A stretch of 64,000 nt of DNA from assembly GCA_013239625.1 (NCBI GenBank), contig MU054391.1, positions 7,037,095 through 7,101,094 on the forward strand, given 5' to 3'. A program made the translations under genes and the position numbers. Origin of the DNA: Lama guanicoe (lineage: Eukaryota). Positions 12,817 through 25,611 of the stretch are shown here, one piece after another. The notes beneath the pieces are model-generated. The model had not been told where the DNA came from. It was given only the letters and a program-made list of their open reading frames with translations, and did not search any database. The number at the start of each line of letters is the position of its first letter. The stretch's first letter is position 1.

Positions 12817-14221
12817 GTAGGACCGAGGCCCCGTGGCTCCAGCAGTGCCCCCCATGGCTCTCTGGCACGGGCCACGCCTCGGCTGACTCTGTGGTTTCCC
12901 TGTTCTCCTTACATTTTCATTCCGAAATTGGGAGATGGAAAGTTCTGGAAGCCCTTCCTTCCTGGTCCTCTTGTCTCCTCTGTTCCCTTCTAGCATCTCT
13001 GAAATTATTGCTGACATTACAGAAGAGTGATTGCCCTGGGATTACACACTTATTGGTGGCAAAGTTAACTGACTGTAGACGTCTGAATTTTCTTTACGTC
13101 TTAGCAACTTCAATTAAGTTCAGTACGGCAGACATTTACTGAGTGCTTATTATGCACCAGACCCTGACTCGGAGATGAAACTTTGTCCCCATCCTCAAGA
13201 CTCACAGTCTAGGGGTGGAGAGGTGCATTTAAGCAACACTTCAGAGCTATGTAAAGCTGCCAGGCAAAGCAATGTGGTTGAAGTGTAGAAATTATGTAGC
13301 GCAGGAGAGGAATTTGCACTTACTGAGCACTTACTACATGCCAGGCATTTTTCATATACTAGTACTTCCCAACCCTTTTTCACGGTAGAAAGTGATGTTT
13401 GCCGTCCCTGAACCCTGGGTGAGTGGATAAGGCTACTGACCCAGGACTCTGGCTGTCCGAGCTCCGGCTGGCCCCGGGAAAGGGTTTGTGTTCAAGCTAC
13501 ACCTGTGATCCGCGCAAGGTGCACTGGTTAGGGAACCGTGCTGTCAGTTTTCTTACTTAATTCTCACTAAAACCCCACAAGGCAGTATCATTAGCCCCAT
13601 TTTATAAATGAAGATACTAATTTGGGCAGGGAGCAGAGGACAGGGTTTTTTAGAATCAATAAGAGTTTGCCACGGGGCCAAGGCAGATGGAAGGGGAAGG
13701 GAACAGCACGTGCAGTAGAGGGGAGACAAGGGGCCTCTGGGGAATTAGAAGTGATTTTAGTGCGTGTTGCCGGAGCTTAGAGTGAAGGGTGGGTGGTCCC
13801 AGGAGACGAAGGTGGGCAGCTGGGGCAGAGTCAGACCAAGAGGCATCAGTGCTGTGGGGAAGAATGGGGCCTTGTCAGGGAGAACTCCAAGGAGGGGCCT
13901 GATGGGGGCGGAACTGCATTTTGAATAGTCTCTTAACAGCCCTGTGGAGGTTACAGGGGGCCTGGGAGGCTGGTTTCTTAGAAACAGATGGAGGGTAGGA
14001 TTTTACACTTAGTGTTCCTTTTCATTTCAGACCCAAGCAAGGGAAGAGTAGGAAGGGGCAGCAGGAGCTGGTGGCAGCCAGTCAGTCACCTGTGCAGTAA
14101 ACATTCTGCACCTGTGTACAGGATGGCTCCTGGCCAGGGCTGCCCCAGAAAGGCCTGAAGGCAGCAGTTTGAACTTAACTGCCACTGGAGTAGCACCTGT
14201 CTTCCTTTAGCACAGATTTTT

Positions 14222-14355
14222 GTTTGTTCAGAAGTCTTAAGGCTTATTTATTTATTTATTGAAATATAGTCAGTTTACAGTGTTGTGTCAATTTCTGGTG
14301 TATAGCATAATAGTTCACTCATACATATACATACATATATTCATATTCTTTTTAA
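14222..14355 (-). mobile_element. Short L1 3' end with 14-bp TSD
   Basis: TAGCACAGATTTTT at 14208-14221 and 14356-14369; L1 3' motif ttgaaatatagtcagtttacagtgttgtgtcaatttctggtgtatagc. Confidence 0.85.
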
Positions 14356-15411
14356 TAGCACAGATTTTTTATAACGATGCAATTTTATCATCAACGAAGT
14401 TAAAAAATACATACGAGTGGTTTTTTAGAGGATTACAAATAAGCAGAAATCCCATTTGCCGCAGATAAACTTTCCTAACATTTTTCTCCCTTGGACATGA
14501 AGTTTTTCTTTCAAGGCAGAGAAAGATAGAAGTGAAAACGTTTTCTTGATTTTGAAAGTTAAAGAGCTGGAGAGACTTGAAGGGTTTAGTCCCTGGTCAC
14601 TTGACGGTCAGCAGTGAATGAATGAACAGAGCCTGGAGAAGTGGGGCGGGCTGGGTCTGTGTCTGGGAGGCCGGGGTCTGGGCCACCCTTGCAGGGGACG
14701 TGAAGCCAGGCCCCTGAGGAGCGCCGAGGGGCACACGCTAGCTCCCTGCTGGCATTTCCGTGCCTCTACCCGTTCTGTTCTTTTTCCTTCTTCTGTCCAG
14801 GCTCCCCTGAGAGGAAGACTTAGTGAACTTCCTCGGTTATATCCCTCTTTGCTCCTTCCCTGGGTCGGAATCTGTTTCTCACTCATCTCTGCTCTTTCAA
14901 AGTAGAGCCACACTAGGGCATCACAGCCCGTGTGTCCTGGCCCGTGTCCATCCTCCGTGACTCCCAGGAGGACACAGCACAGCCTGGCCACAAGCCTGGA
15001 GGGACGAGGGGTCAGGGGTGCACTGAGGCCTTTGAAGGCATAAGCAGGGTCTGGGCAGAGCCAGGCTGGGAGGTCCCACAGGAGGGCAGTGTGGGCCCAG
15101 AGACAGAGTGAGAGGTGGCCTCTTTAGAGAAGTGACGAGAAGTGAGGCTGGACTTGGGGATCCAAGTGAGCCCAAGACCCGATGTCAGTTTCCACACCCA
15201 CCGAGTGGGGATGAGGACAGTCCCTGCTTGCTAGGGCTGTTCAGTGTCATGCCAAGGGGCTAGGAGGGTGCCTGGACGTGGTGCATGAGATGCCTTGGGG
15301 CAAAGGTGGCAGGGACCTCGGTGTAGTCGTGGCCATGACGGGCCCGGGTTCTTCTGGGAAGTCAGGCCAGACTCTGATGACAAGCTCTGTCCTTTCCCCC
15401 TCGCACCTCAG

Positions 15412-15573
15412 CTCTATGAGTCCACCCTGCACGCCTTTGCCTTCTCTTACTCCATGCTAGGAGAGGAGATCCAGCTCCACTTCATCATCCCCAAGTCCAA
15501 GGAGCACCACTTTGTCTTCAGCCAACCTGGAGGCCAGCTGGAGAGCATGCGGCTGCCCCTCGTCACTGACAAG
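15412..15573 (+). CDS. GREB1: GREB1 coding exon (162 nt)
   Basis: cacctcag|CTC, CAAG|gtactg; [54 protein letters not shown]. Confidence 0.96.
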
Positions 15574-16195
15574 GTACTGGCTCGGGGTCCCTGGAGTCAA
15601 GTCACAAGGGCTGCAAGTGGCCACAGAGCTGGGGACCCAGAGACTGTAGCTCCTGATGAGCGAAGGGCACACGGGGCAGGTGGGAAGACTGATACGGTGA
15701 CTGAACTCATGGGGAGCTCATGGGCTTTGAGGTCTCGGCGCCAGGTCTGAGCCTTGCTCTATCGATCACTAGTTGCGTTATTTGATACCGCTGAGCCTCC
15801 GTTCCCTGTTCTGTAAGCTTTGGGCAGTGATAACTCCTGCAAAAGCTTGTTGTGCAACTTATGTGGAATAGCCGATGTGAGGCACCAGCACAGTGCCTGA
15901 AGGTGACGGGGGCCGAGTGGATGTTCACCCTCCCACTGTCTTTGCTTTCATGCTCTCTCGTGTGGAACACTGAAAACAGGCTAAGGCAGCAGAACAGGAT
16001 AATGACTCCCTCGGGGCTGGTTGCCAACTCCCACCGCTAGTAACTCATGGCCGGTCCTGCTTCATCTGGCCGTCCTGCCTCCTCTGCCTCCCTGTGTCAT
16101 TTGGAATTGAATCTCAGACATTGCATCATTTCATTCGTAAATATGTCAACGTATATCTCTCCAGGATGAATTTTCTCTCTTTTGTGGTGGTGGTT

Positions 16196-17083
16196 ATTTT
16201 TTTTATCAAAGTATAATTGATTTACAATGTTGCGTTAGTTTCTGGTGTATAGTGTAGTGATTCAGTTATACATATATATTCTTTTTCATATTTCTCTTTT
16301 TTAATTTTTTTTTAAAATTTTGGGGAGGTAATTAGGTTCACTTATTTTTTAATTATTTTTTTACTGAAGGTACTGGGTATTGAACCCAGGACCTTGTGCA
16401 TTGCTAAGCATGCGCTCTACCGCTGAGCTATACACTGCCCCCCATATTCTTTTTCATTATAAGCTATTGCAAAATATTGAATAGAACTCCCTGTGCTATA
16501 CAGTAGAACCTTATTATTTATCTATACTATATAGTAGTTAGTATCTGCAAATCCCAAATTCCTAATTTATCCCTCCTTTCCCTTTACCCTTTGGTAACCA
16601 TAAGTTTGTTTTCTATGTCTATGAGTCTATTTCTGTTTTATAAATAAATTGATTTGTATCATTTTTTTAGATTCTTCATATAAGTGATATCGTATGATAC
16701 TTGTCTTTCTCTGACTTACTTCACCTAGTATGATAACCTCTAGGTCCATCCATGTTGCTGAAAATGGCATTATTTCATTCTTTTTAATGACTAATATTCC
16801 ATTGTATGTCTATACCAAATCTTCTTTATCCATTCGTCTATCGATGGACATTTAGGCTGCTTCTGTGTCTTAGCTATTGTAAATAGTGCTGCTGTGAACA
16901 TTGGGGTGCATGTGTCTTTTTGAATTAGGGTTTTCTTCAGATATATGCCCAGGCATGGGATTGCTGTGTCATATGGTAACTCTATTTTTAGTTTTTTAAG
17001 GAATCTCCATACTGTTTTCCATGGTGGCTACACCAAATTACATTCCCACCAACAGTGTAGGAGGGTTCCCTTTTCTCCACACC
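16196..17083 (-). mobile_element. L1 3' fragment (3' UTR into the ORF2 end), interrupted by a SINE
   Basis: Canonical L1 motifs throughout (ctaggtccatccatgttgctg, ttgtaaatagtgctgctgtgaacattggggtgca, acattcccaccaacagtgtaggagggttcccttttctccaca). Confidence 0.92.
16296..16443 (-). mobile_element. tRNA-derived SINE (Vic-1 type, camelid) nested in L1
   Basis: Reverse complement reads gtatagctcagcggtagagcgcatgcttagc...gtcctgggttcaatacccagtacc (Pol III A and B boxes) then aacctaattacctcccc tail. Confidence 0.85.
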
Positions 17084-17721
17084 ATCTTGAGATTGTTCTT
17101 AATGATCCACCGTCTCTGCAGCCACCATTCTTAGGGGCTCTTGGTTTGACAGTTCCAGCCTGACGATCTCAGAGTCAACTTGGGGCCCCTTTCCCAGCCC
17201 CAGTCTCTGCGCACCTGGTGTAAAGTTCTACTCTTCTTTCTCCAGAGACCAGACATGCATAGAGCTGAACCCAGCCTTTCTGATCCAGCAGGCTATTATC
17301 AAGCAGTGAAACATTTGTAAGGTGGCAGTGAGGCCTTTACTAGAAGGTGTCTCCTACCCATGGGCCAGGGTGCGGCTGTCGTCTTGGTTTATCTGGCTTT
17401 ATCCATTACCTGCTGCTTTGGCAGCCAGTCCCCATCAGGACTGTTTATGAGCACCAGCTGCGTGCACAGCTTTGTAGCAAGTGCCTTGAGGAATTCAGAG
17501 AGAACGGGAGACCTAGCTTGGCCAGCGGAACCTGTTGTTGAGGAAAGAGAGAAAGGAAACCTGGTTATTTATATAAAAGACTCACAGCCTGAATGTTTAC
17601 ATAGCTAGGCTCCATGGCAAAGTGATGGAGGAATGTAAGTCCATTTAAGTAAGGAATAATGTGTACTCAGAACACAGTGTTAGGTGCTAAGGAGTGGGTA
17701 AAGCCTTTGGATAATGATATA

Positions 17722-18190
17722 TGCCTGTTAGTTTCTGTTACCTGACAAATCATCCCCAAACAAACATACAGTATTTAGTTTCTGATTCTCTGGGCCAGCA
17801 GCCTGGGCTTGGTGCTGCTGGGTATGGTTATCCTGGGCTGGGTTGCACTCACTTGTGCCTGGAGTTCATTACCGCATCGGCAGGGGTGCCGGCTGGGCGA
17901 CGGTGGCCTCAGTGGGATGCCTGTGCCTGCTCCCTGTGGCCTATCCTCCTCCAGCCGGCTAGCTCGGGCTTCTGCCTGGGAGGGTTCTGAGAGAGGGCAG
18001 AATGTGTCTGTCCTCTGGAGGCCAGGCTCAGAATGGTCACACTGTCACTTTTACTGCATTTTATCCATAAAAGCAAGTCCCAAGGCTAAGCCAGATTCAA
18101 GGAGTGTGGACATAGACTCCATCTCTTGATGCAACAGGCTGCAAAGTCACATTTCAAAGGGAAGGGAATAATCATGGCCATATTTACAAA
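17722..18190 (-). mobile_element. Old MaLR (MLT1-type) LTR
   Basis: MLT1 motifs such as cctcctccagccggctagc, aaagcaagtcccaaggctaagccagattcaagg, atagactccatctcttgatg. Confidence 0.7.
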
Positions 18191-18221
18191 CCTTTGACTT
18201 CATTGTGTCCACACTTTCCAG

Positions 18222-18426
18222 AGTCACGAATACATAAAAAGTCCGACGTTCACTCCAACCACCGGCCGACATGAACACGGGCTCTTTAACCTGTACCATG
18301 CGATGGATGGCGCCAGCCATTTGCATGTGCTGGTGGTCAAGGAGTATGAGATGGCCATTTACAAGAAGCACTGGCCCAACCACATCATGCTGGTGCTCCC
18401 CAGTATCTTCAACAGCGCCGGAGTTG
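18222..18426 (+). CDS. GREB1: GREB1 coding exon (205 nt); not shown in the ORF track
   Basis: actttccag|AGT, GTTG|gtaagc; manual translation [68 protein letters not shown]. Confidence 0.96.
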
Positions 18427-18495
18427 GTAAGCCTTTTTTAACATGCCCTCCTCGGTAAAGTTTCCATGAGTGGAGGCTTGAGAGAATGTTCTCGA

Positions 18496-18930
18496 TGTCG
18501 ACTGATAAAAGTACACAGCATGAGAGTTGCGAGTGAAGTTTTATTTGGGGCAAAATGAGGACGCTAGCCTGGGAGACAGCCTCTGGGGAGCTGCTCCGAA
18601 GAGGTAAAAGGGGAGGCTAGTGTACACGTGGTTTGGGGGAAGAGGGGATACGTGCAGTCAGGCACACATTTTGGCAGGTTGCTGCTAGTCACCAGGAGCA
18701 GGTGTCTCCATGAATGATTTTAGTGCTTTTCTAGATATGAGATGATGCAAGAAATTGGGCTCATAAAATCTGAAAAATATCTATCTGCAGGCCTGTTCTG
18801 CCATTTTTTCCCAGAGCACAGAGCACCTCATTCCTGATCTCCGCCCTGAACTCCTTTCAGGGTGCGTTGAAGGTCAGCGGCTGCGGTGGCTCGTGGTTTA
18901 ACCCTTGCAGAGGCAGGAGGAGAGACAGTT
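18496..18930 (-). mobile_element. ERV1 solo LTR, MER41-like (artiodactyl type)
   Basis: Starts TGT; gttttatttggggcaaaatgaggac, tgattttagtgcttttctagatatgag, gaactcctttcagggtgcgttgaaggtcagc match my recollection of artiodactyl MER41-like LTRs. Confidence 0.6.
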
Positions 18931-19305
18931 TTTTGTCTGTGTAGAGATAAAAGAGTTAAATGTTTTTCATTAAGCTCTTTGGCTTGTAAAGCTGTTTTGA
19001 TCTCTTTGAGTATTCTCTTTCCTTCGATGTTTGGTGGTTGATCTAATTCATGTTCTCAGCTGTTAGAAAAGCAAGGAGAGGTAGACGAATATGTGTGCAA
19101 ATTGGAGAGTGGAATTTTCTTCCCTCGAATTTCCTCTCCAAAGGCAACAGCCTGTAGTGAGTGGACGAGGGAGGCAGACCAGGCCCCTGGGAGCTGGCGG
19201 GGCTGGGGCCAGGGTCTTCATGCAGGTCTCACTCTACCTGGAGCTTTGTCCTGGGCAGGTGTCGGTGTCCAACTAACCTGAGTCGGGGACCTTTGCCCAT
19301 TTCAG

Positions 19306-19480
19306 GTGCCGCCCATTTCCTGATCAAGGAGCTGTCTTACCACAACCTGGAGCTGGAGCGGAACCGGCAGGAGGAGCTGGGGGTCAAGCCGCAGGACATC
19401 TGGCCTTTCATCGTGATTTCAGATGACTCCTGCGTTATGTGGAACGTGGTGGACATCGACTGTGTTGGGGAGAGGAGCAG
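19306..19480 (+). CDS. GREB1: GREB1 coding exon (175 nt)
   Basis: catttcag|GT, GCAG|gtgagg; [58 protein letters not shown]. Confidence 0.96.
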
Positions 19481-21020
19481 GTGAGGACTCCCAACACACG
19501 CACACATCACCAGTGAGACAAGTGAACATGCTCACTGGGGGGTTCTCCTCCACCCTTTGAGGACTCCAGGGGGCATCTTACTTTAGAAGGCGTGGTGAGC
19601 GGTGGATGGAGCCCTGCATGCGATGAGCTCACGTTCCAAGCTTTGTTTTGTATTTTTAACTTTTAGAAGTTTATTGAAGCATAATACATACAGAAAATAA
19701 TGCAATATAGGTTTGGTATAAAATACATACAAAAAGCAAAGTATGATACCCAGAAATTTTCATGAACTGAACACATCCATTTAACAAGCTTCCCTGTGAA
19801 GAAACAGACCATCACCCGCCCCCGGAACCTTCCCGTCCCTCTTCCCTCCCCCTCCCCACAGCCTCACTCCTAATGTGAAGCTGTATTTTTATTTGCTGTG
19901 TGATCTTCGGAAAATGACTCTTTTTGGGTTCTAGTTTCCCCATCTTTCACAGGGGCACTGATACTTGTGCTCAGGTTTGTTGTGGGGAATGATTAAGCTA
20001 GGAATGGTGCACCCGGAGGCGGGCAACGGAGCAGCGCGGTGTGGAAAAGGCTCAGTACACACACCTGCATTGAACATCATGGGTGAAATAGTCCCTTTTG
20101 TGGTTTTGCCCTGAGTGTCTCAGCTTAGGGCCCCCTGATGACCTCTGAGGATTTTTGGCTTGTTTATTGGAGAGACAACTTGAGGTTAGGCACCTCTTCC
20201 GTGTCAGGGAAACCTAATGTAGCAATGACCGTTATAACCACTGTCTTCTAGAAAAAGGTGGTTTCTGTATGACAGAGCTGCACGGGGGGAGGACAGTGAT
20301 CTGCCGTGTTTTCACCGGACTCACCATCACCTTCCGAGGGCGAGAGCTTGGCCGGGGGCCGTCATGGGAAAGAGAACCGAGCTTTTCCCTTTGCCTTTTC
20401 CTGAATTTCATCCAGAAGCAGCAATTCAAGTCCTGGAATGTCAAAGCTGGCCGGGGCCTTAGAGAGTTTAGTGTAAGCCCCTCCGTTGGGGAAAAGGAAG
20501 CTGAGATGCAGAGAAGTCAAGCCGCGTGTCTGGGCTCTCACAGACGGCACTCTTGTCGCCCTGGCTCCCTTCAGTCGCCCTCACTGTCTTCACTGACCTC
20601 AGACACCGTCCATGTGGGTGGGAGGTTTACATGCTGCCTCCTTCCCTCCACTCCCCGACCTGGAATTCACCCCGGAAACGCGAGGTGGTTTGCAGGATGC
20701 AGAGAATGTGGGCTCTGGAGACAGACAGCAGTGTTCAATCCAAGCTCTGCTGAGTGACACTGGGCAGGGTATCCAGAGCCTCTTTTTCCTCATCTGTAAA
20801 GTGGGGGTGACGTGTCTATGTCATAGGATTGCTGCGAGGACCAGTGATAATGAATTTGAAGGGCTTAGCACGGTGCCTGGTGGTTGTGATGGGTTCTGTC
20901 CACACCAGCCCACCCAGCGTGGAAGGTTCGGGGAAAGCAGCGCCCTGGCCGGCCCGGTCCAGAGGGCCTGCTGTTGTCTGCATGCCGACCCAGGGATGTC
21001 TGTCTTCCTCCTTCGAGCAG

Positions 21021-21239
21021 GGAGTTTTCCTGGTCGGAAAGAAACGTCTCCCTGAAGCACATCATGCAGCACATCGAGGCTTCCCCCAACATCACCCACT
21101 ACGCCCTGATCGGCATGCGGAAGTGGTCCAGCAAGACCGGAAGCCGTGAGGTGCAAGAGCCCTTCTCCCGCTGCCACGTGCACGACTTCATCGTCCTGAA
21201 CGTGGACTTGACCCAGAACGTGCAGTACAACCAGAACCG
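21021..21239 (+). CDS. GREB1: GREB1 coding exon (219 nt)
   Basis: ttcgagcag|G, AACCG|gtgagc; [22 protein letters not shown]...[14 protein letters not shown]. Confidence 0.96.
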
Positions 21240-22182
21240 GTGAGCTCCAGCCCCGCCCTGGCCGTCAGCTCAGCCCGTGGTCCTAGGGCCCTCTGCGAGG
21301 GGCAGCCTCACGCCTGGTGGGTGGCTGCTCCCTCTTTGCCCTGCAGGGCCAACGAAACCAGGGCCTTCCTGCTTGTAACACTGGCCTGGCCCTGCTTTCA
21401 GCCCTCATGGATTTTTTTTGATATCTTTGTTGTATAATTTTGTGGAGGGGAGATTTGCATAAGATCATTCAACTTCCTTCATCAGTTCACATGATACCTT
21501 ATTTAGTGACTTACATTCGAATAGGTGTTATTTCTCTTGCTTTCTTGGCTCCTTCTCGGAACACGTCACTTTTTATGAGCATTAGTGCTGAAGGAAGCTG
21601 TCATTTGTCCGTGTCACTCTCTGCGGATCTAATCGCAGACGCTCTCACCTCTCACGAAGAACCTAATCACTAATGTCTGTCAAGCTGTCCACGAGCCAGG
21701 CGGTGGGCACACCCCTGGGATGGCCCACGTAGGAGCGTCGGTTTTGGAGCCAGACCGACCTGCCGGCAGCCTCCTTTGCAATTAAGGCAGGTGACTTGCC
21801 ATCTCTGATCTAGTTTTCCTCAGATGTAAAAAGCGGCGACTATTTTTACTCTGGGAGTTTTGTTGTTTTCTTTTGAACAAGTAGATGACGTGGCATCCGT
21901 TAAACCCCCTCAGGGTGCCTGGCCTGTAGCGTGTGGTCCACAAGTGGTGGTGCTTCTGTGATGTAAGCCTGAGGTGCGCCCTGCTCTCCCAGCGCAGAGC
22001 AGCTCATCCGGCCCCGCTTTCCCTGTTAGTTTGCCTTCTGTGCCCCAGAGGAAGATCTTTAGGGCAGAAACCAGGCTGCTTCGCCGTCCCAGCCCCCAGT
22101 ACTAGAGAGCACATTCCACGTGTCTGGCTGCGGGTGTCAGCTGCCTCCAGTCCGACCTGCCCCCTCCCCTGGTTCCGGGCAG

Positions 22183-22318
22183 GTTCACGTGTGACGACGT
22201 GGACTTCAACCTGCGGGTGCACAGCGCCGGCCTCCTGCTCTGCCGGTTCAACCGCTTCAGTGTGATGAAGAAGCAGATCGCAGTGGGCGGGCACAGGTCC
22301 TTCCACATCACGTCCAAG
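22183..22318 (+). CDS. GREB1: GREB1 coding exon (136 nt)
   Basis: ccgggcag|G, CAAG|gtgggt; FTCDDVDFNLRVHSAGLLLCRFNRFSVMKKQIAVGGHRSFHITSK. Confidence 0.96.
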
Positions 22319-23510
22319 GTGGGTGCGCAGGGTGAAAACTGGAGAGGGGGCCACCTGTCACCGTTGAGTCAGGGGGTGGGCTTGACCATGGGGTGGTGTG
22401 AGTAAAGGTTTCCAGTTGGGAGCCCTGAGAAGGGAAAGACTCCACCGGGTCTTCCTGCCGATCTCCTATTCTAACCAGTTCCTTGGGTGTCTCACCAGCG
22501 CACACGCACCACCGACCTTCCTGTGCGCCCTTACCCACACACACACCTCCATCACTGTCCTCACTGCTCACTTGTCTGGCTTCTTCGCTGGACAGAGCTC
22601 CTGGGGGCAGGTGTGGTGCCATGCTCTCCTTGGGGCCCCTGGGACAGCGCCTGCCAAATACTGTCTGAATGGCACTGATGGGCTGGCCTGATAGCTGTGC
22701 CTTCTGTCCCTGAGCCATCTGTCCCTGAGCCAGCCTCCGAGTGGGGAGAGACTTGATCTGAGTGTGTCGGTGCTGGCTGGGCAGGCCTGGGAAGTTCCGA
22801 TGTGAAGTCGCAGCAAGCCCTCCGAGATCTGTGTCTTCCCAGAACCCATATGGAGCTGGCCCACCCCTGCCTTGAAGGTCCCTCCCATCCATGGGGGAGA
22901 GCGGCAGAGATGAGCTGGAGAAGTAGCCAGGACCTTATCCACCATGGGAACGTCCTAGGAGAAAGGGGAACCCACTGAAGGGTGTCCAGAGAAGAATTTG
23001 ATTAGTATCATTTACGCCCCCAGTCTCTCTGGCTGCAGTATGGGCAGTATGTTGGCGATGGGGTGAGAGACTGTGGGCTCAGATGGCTGGGCTGTGCAGA
23101 GGAGCGGCAGTGGGGCTGGGCAGAAGGTAATGGGGTCTGGAGGTCAAGGGGAGGCTCACCATTCCCAGAGGTTTGCATCCCTAGATTTGGGTGAACATTC
23201 CCAAGGTCCATGGATTCTCTTGTTTTTTCCTAGACCAGACAGTCAATTTTCTGCAGGGAGTGATCATTATCTACAATTCTTACTGATCACACAGTTAGTT
23301 TTCATATGCTCCACTTCAGTAAAACCGAATTTTTCATAACGGCAGACTTTATTGTGGAAGTGTGTGTTCTCAACTCAGTTCACTGTCCCATGGCTCAGCC
23401 TTTGGCCACGGGGCCACCCGCCCCAGGGTCCCTGCAGCCTGGAAGCCTCGGAAAGGACTCCTCTGCTCAGGGTGGTAGGGAGAGGCTGACGCCCACCCTT
23501 CCCCACGCAG

Positions 23511-23711
23511 GTGTCTGACAACCCCATGGCCATCGTGCCTGCCCAGTACATCTGCGCCCCCGACAGCAAGCACACATTCCTGGCGGCCCCCGCGCAGCTC
23601 CTGCTCGAGAAATTCCTCCAGCACCACAGCCACCGCTTTTTCCCGCTGTCCCTCAAGAATCACGGCCACCCGGTGCTGTCCGTTGACTGCTACCTTAACC
23701 TGGGGTCTCAG
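23511..23711 (+). CDS. GREB1: GREB1 coding exon (201 nt)
   Basis: ccacgcag|GTG, TCAG|gtacct; [39 protein letters not shown]...DCYLNLGSQ. Confidence 0.96.
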
Positions 23712-24145
23712 GTACCTTTCAGAGGGGGCGCTGTTGAGTCCATAAATCCAAGAAATGCCTAAAACAGGCATGCTGGAATCCAGGATTCAGAATTACAACT
23801 ACTCAATGCTTGGGCTCCAGTATTGCCTCACTTTACAGCTGGTAAGATAAAGGCTGAGAGAGTTGAAGTGCTTTGCCCCAATATAAGAAGTTGGGCATCA
23901 AACCCAATTCTGATGCCAAAACATTTCTGATTCTCAAGTGAATTAATGAATAGATAAATCTGGATAAGTCTCTTGGAATTGATTTTCAGGATATGGATTT
24001 GGAAATAACATTAAATATTGTTTCTGGCCCCCAAAAGCCTGAGTGTGGCCAAGCAGTTAGTTCTCGTTAGATGCAGAGCCGTGGTATGACGTTGTTGAGT
24101 ATTTCATGGAAAATGACATTGTCTCTTGGATTCCTTCTCTTTCAG

Positions 24146-24284
24146 ATCTCTGTGTGTTATGTGAGCTCCAGGCCCCACTCTTTAAATGTCAGCTGCTCTG
24201 ACCTCACGTTTAGTGGACTCCTGCTGTACCTCTGTGACTCTTTTGTGGGAGCTAGCTTTTTGAAAAAGTTTCATTTTCTGAAAG
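24146..24284 (+). CDS. GREB1: GREB1 penultimate coding exon (139 nt)
   Basis: ctctttcag|ATC, AAAG|gtaact; [46 protein letters not shown]. Confidence 0.96.
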
Positions 24285-25447
24285 GTAACTTCCCCTCCTC
24301 TTACCATGATTTAAGTGACTGTCGTCACCAGGCACCCCTCCCAAGGTGACGTCTGGTCCTGGTCCTTTTTGCTGACGGGTAAACTGTGGCTCAGAGAGGA
24401 ATCGTGACTTCACTGACTGTCCAGGAAGCAGGAGAGGGCTGCGGTGGGATCCAAGGGCAGCCCTCTTTCGCCTCCACCTGTTTGGGTAGAGACAAGACAC
24501 GTCCCCCACTTTTAGATGATATTAGTAGGTACTTTCAGCGCTTGTGTTGCTTTTCAGTCCGGATCCCTGGCATAAGCATGCAGACCCGCTCAGGCGTCTC
24601 TTCGTCTTGGTGGATGAGTTCTCCTTCCCTGTCTGGGGGTGCCGCCTGCATTGTTACCTCTAGTCTAGTCTTTCTCCCTCTGCAGGTGTTTTCATGCTAG
24701 AGTGGTGGAGAGGGACAGACATTCATTCTGTGTGACTTCAGAAAATTACATTTCCAGTCCAGCCGGGATCCCTAATCAGTCTTCACTTCTCCTTCGTCGG
24801 TCTTTATTCGAACCTTCCTCTCTCCCAGATGTTCAGGGAGCACCAGCCCTGCATGAGGTTTGGGGAAATAGTAGGAGGTTTTCACCACATTCTCTGCTCT
24901 TGGGGAACATTTTGTCTAATGGGAGGCGAGGACATGTAAGTAGGGAGGTAGAGAGAAGGAGTGAACACACATGACGATGTGTGGCTGTCTTCTAGGGCTC
25001 AAGAGGAGGGAGCATTCACGGGGCCGGCAGATGGGAGAGGTCAGAGCTGCGGGGGACTGGGCGGGTGGCCGGCTCAGAAGGATGTCGAGGGAGGGTTAGA
25101 CTGTGAGGTGGGGTTGGGCGGGGCCCTTCCCTCCAAGGGCTGGAGCTGCGGGTGTTGGTTTGTGACCCTGCAAGTCTGTCTCCTTCCAGTCCTCCTCCTC
25201 TGCTCACTTCTTTGTCACCATGTCTTGGTTCCATGTAGTCTCATCTGCCAGACCTGCCAAACCACAATCTCACTTTCTTGCTAAGATTATGAAGCATCCC
25301 CAAGGAAACAAGACACCACTCGGACACCTGGTCCTTCCCTGTCAAGCAGCATCGTATTTTGTGATTGCAGATAGAATCCAGGCAGTAGCTTTCCTTTGGA
25401 TTTAACTCCCCGCTTTTCTTCACACACCTCTGCCGTTGTCCACGCAG

Positions 25448-25611
25448 GTGCGACCTTGTGTGTGATCTGTCAGGACCGGAACTCGCTCCGCCAGACAGTT
25501 GTCCGCCTGGAGCTGGAGGATGAGTGGCAGTTCCGGCTGCGAGACGAATTCCAGACTGCCAACGCGAAGGAGGACCGGCCGCTCTTTTTTCTGACTGGGA
25601 GACACATCTGA
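25448..25611 (+). CDS. GREB1: GREB1 terminal coding exon to stop codon
   Basis: ccacgcag|[56 protein letters not shown] then TGA at 25609-25611, the GREB1 C-terminus. Confidence 0.97.

Noticed and set aside
21015..21020. GAGCAG tandem (NAGNAG) acceptor in GREB1
   Set aside because: GAG is a very poor acceptor; the distal CAG gives the expected protein.
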